DNA from: Alphaproteobacteria bacterium
GTDB lineage: Bacteria > Pseudomonadota > Alphaproteobacteria > UBA6615
DNA: 64,000 nt
Reading direction: 5' to 3'
Assembly (NCBI GenBank): GCA_965267185.1
Contig: OZ253937.1
Coordinates: 3,558,064 to 3,622,063, forward strand
The translations under genes were made by a program, and so were the position numbers. This document shows positions 62,834 to 64,000 of this stretch, one piece after another. The notes beneath the pieces are model-generated. The model did no database searches, had not been told where the DNA came from, and worked only from the letters and a program-made list of their open reading frames with translations. Numbering within the stretch: position 1 is the stretch's first letter; each line of letters starts with the position of its first letter.

Positions 62834-63055
62834 CTATTTCAGGCCGATGCCCGCGAACCGCTTGTTGAATTTGGCCACCTGGCCGCCGGTATCGACCAGA
62901 CGATGCTGCCCGGTCCAGGCCGGATGCGTTTTGGGATCGATATCGAGGCGCAGCGTGTCGCCTTCCGACCCCCAGGTCGAACGGGTCTTGAAAGTGGTGC
63001 CATCCGTCATCTGGACGGTGATTTCGTGGTAATCGGGGTGAATTTCTTTTTTCAT
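62834..63055 (-). CDS. rpmE: 50S ribosomal protein L31 (cysteine-free form)
   Basis: [22 protein letters not shown]...; no Cys residues. Confidence 0.85.
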   Translation of the reverse strand: MKKEIHPDYHEITVQMTDGTTFKTRSTWGSEGDTLRLDIDPKTHPAWTGQHRLVDTGGQVAKFNKRFAGIGLK

Positions 63056-63226
63056 CACGGTGCCTTCGCTGCGCGGCGTGGGTTATAGCCAAGCTACTTC
63101 CTGCCTGCAAGCATTAGTATGGCTCACAAACGTGTTCGGTTGTCCCTTGTTGTGGCCGCTTGGCGCTGATAAAGGACGTCCCGGCTCAATGTCAGTCTCG
63201 CTATCAACAAGCCGGAATCTCCGGGA

Positions 63227-64000
63227 ATGTCCGATACCGAAATAGGGGCGCCGCCGCGGCGCGACATACGTCTTTTGCGGCGGCTCGGCCGGTTTTTACG
63301 GCCCTATCGTCTCCATGTCGTGGCGGCCTTGGTAGCGTTGACGGTCGCTGCCGGGACGGTACTGGCGGTCGGCGAGGGCATTCGCCGGCTGGTCGATGAC
63401 GGGTTCGCTGCCGGCAACACTGAATTGCTGAACGACGCCCTGCTGGTCCTACTGGTATTCATCATTTTCCTGGCCGGGGCGACCTATGCCCGGTTCTTCA
63501 TCGTGTCGTGGATCGGCGAGCGTGTGGTCGCCGATATGCGCAAAGCGGTGTTCGACCACGTTATTACCCTCAGCCCCGGGTTTTACGAGACGACGCGGGT
63601 CGCCGAGGTGATGTCGCGTCTCACGGTGGACACAACCCTATTGCAGACCGTTGTCGGCTCGTCGGCATCGATGGCGCTGCGCAACCTGCTGCTGTTCCTC
63701 GGCGGTTCCGTCATGTTGGCGATTACCAGCCCGCGGCTCAGTGGCCTCGCTGTGCTGGTCGTGCCGCTGGTGTTGGTGCCGATCATCTTTTTTGGCCGCC
63801 GGGTGCGCGGGCTGAGCCGAGCGAGCCAGGACCGGGTGGCCGACGTCAGCGCGTATGTCGACGAAAGTATCACCCATATCCGAACGGTACAGGCGTTCGT
63901 TCACGAACCGGTCGACAAGATGCGCTTTACCGACCGCGTGGAAGGGGCGTTTACCACGGCGGTGCGCCGCATTCGCGCGCGGGCTTTATTGACGGCGATC
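63227..64000 (+). CDS. ABC transporter permease/ATP-binding protein (type I exporter, MsbA-like), N-terminal part; continues past the window end
   Basis: Open frame to base 64000; 6-TM exporter domain pattern (..FFIVSWIGERVVADMRKAVFDHVITLSPGFY..); absent from the ORF track because it has no stop. Confidence 0.75.
   Translation, partial: MSDTEIGAPPRRDIRLLRRLGRFLRPYRLHVVAALVALTVAAGTVLAVGEGIRRLVDDGFAAGNTELLNDALLVLLVFIIFLAGATYARFFIVSWIGERVVADMRKAVFDHVITLSPGFYETTRVAEVMSRLTVDTTLLQTVVGSSASMALRNLLLFLGGSVMLAITSPRLSGLAVLVVPLVLVPIIFFGRRVRGLSRASQDRVADVSAYVDESITHIRTVQAFVHEPVDKMRFTDRVEGAFTTAVRRIRARALLTAI

Overview
The window is high-GC (~65%), almost certainly alphaproteobacterial chromosome, densely coding with about 65 genes. 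I found no rRNA, tRNA, CRISPR array, transposase or integrase. From start to end it contains: a Liv-type ABC importer next to an aerobic benzoyl-CoA (box) pathway block (aldo/keto reductase, benzoate-CoA ligase, boxB, boxC); a DUF5996 gene; a dihydroorotase-like gene, hisI and a COG0523 metallochaperone GTPase clustered together; an enoyl-CoA hydratase / CoA-transferase / MFS / P450 block; arfB; a single ~0.85 kb low-GC orphan gene; a frameshifted Zn-ADH; a HIT / Lhr-like helicase / PdeM DNA-damage operon; ctaA and cytochrome c; korAB plus an FprA-like reductase; usg; groESL with a CIRCE operator; marR with tandem palindromes upstream; terB and a DinG-like helicase; class I lysK; an ilvE-like aminotransferase; def and a COQ9-like gene; a DUF1007 / NicO-like metal transporter pair; rhlE; purEK; a GGDEF cyclase; two divergent DUF465 genes; an acyl-CoA synthetase; qor; a DUF1013 (TrcR-like) gene; metY preceded by a candidate structured sRNA; an alpha/beta hydrolase, a thioesterase and a MetE-like gene; hsp20 with a textbook sigma32 promoter; a DUF1465 gene; a Cys-less rpmE; and the start of an ABC exporter. 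The best candidate for an undescribed system is the dihydroorotase-like / hisI / COG0523 locus, where both enzymes carry substitutions at canonical zinc-ligand positions. Other candidates are the HIT / Lhr / PdeM operon, the low-GC orphan membrane/coiled-coil gene, a box cluster lacking boxA and boxD, and an sRNA-like element upstream of metY.
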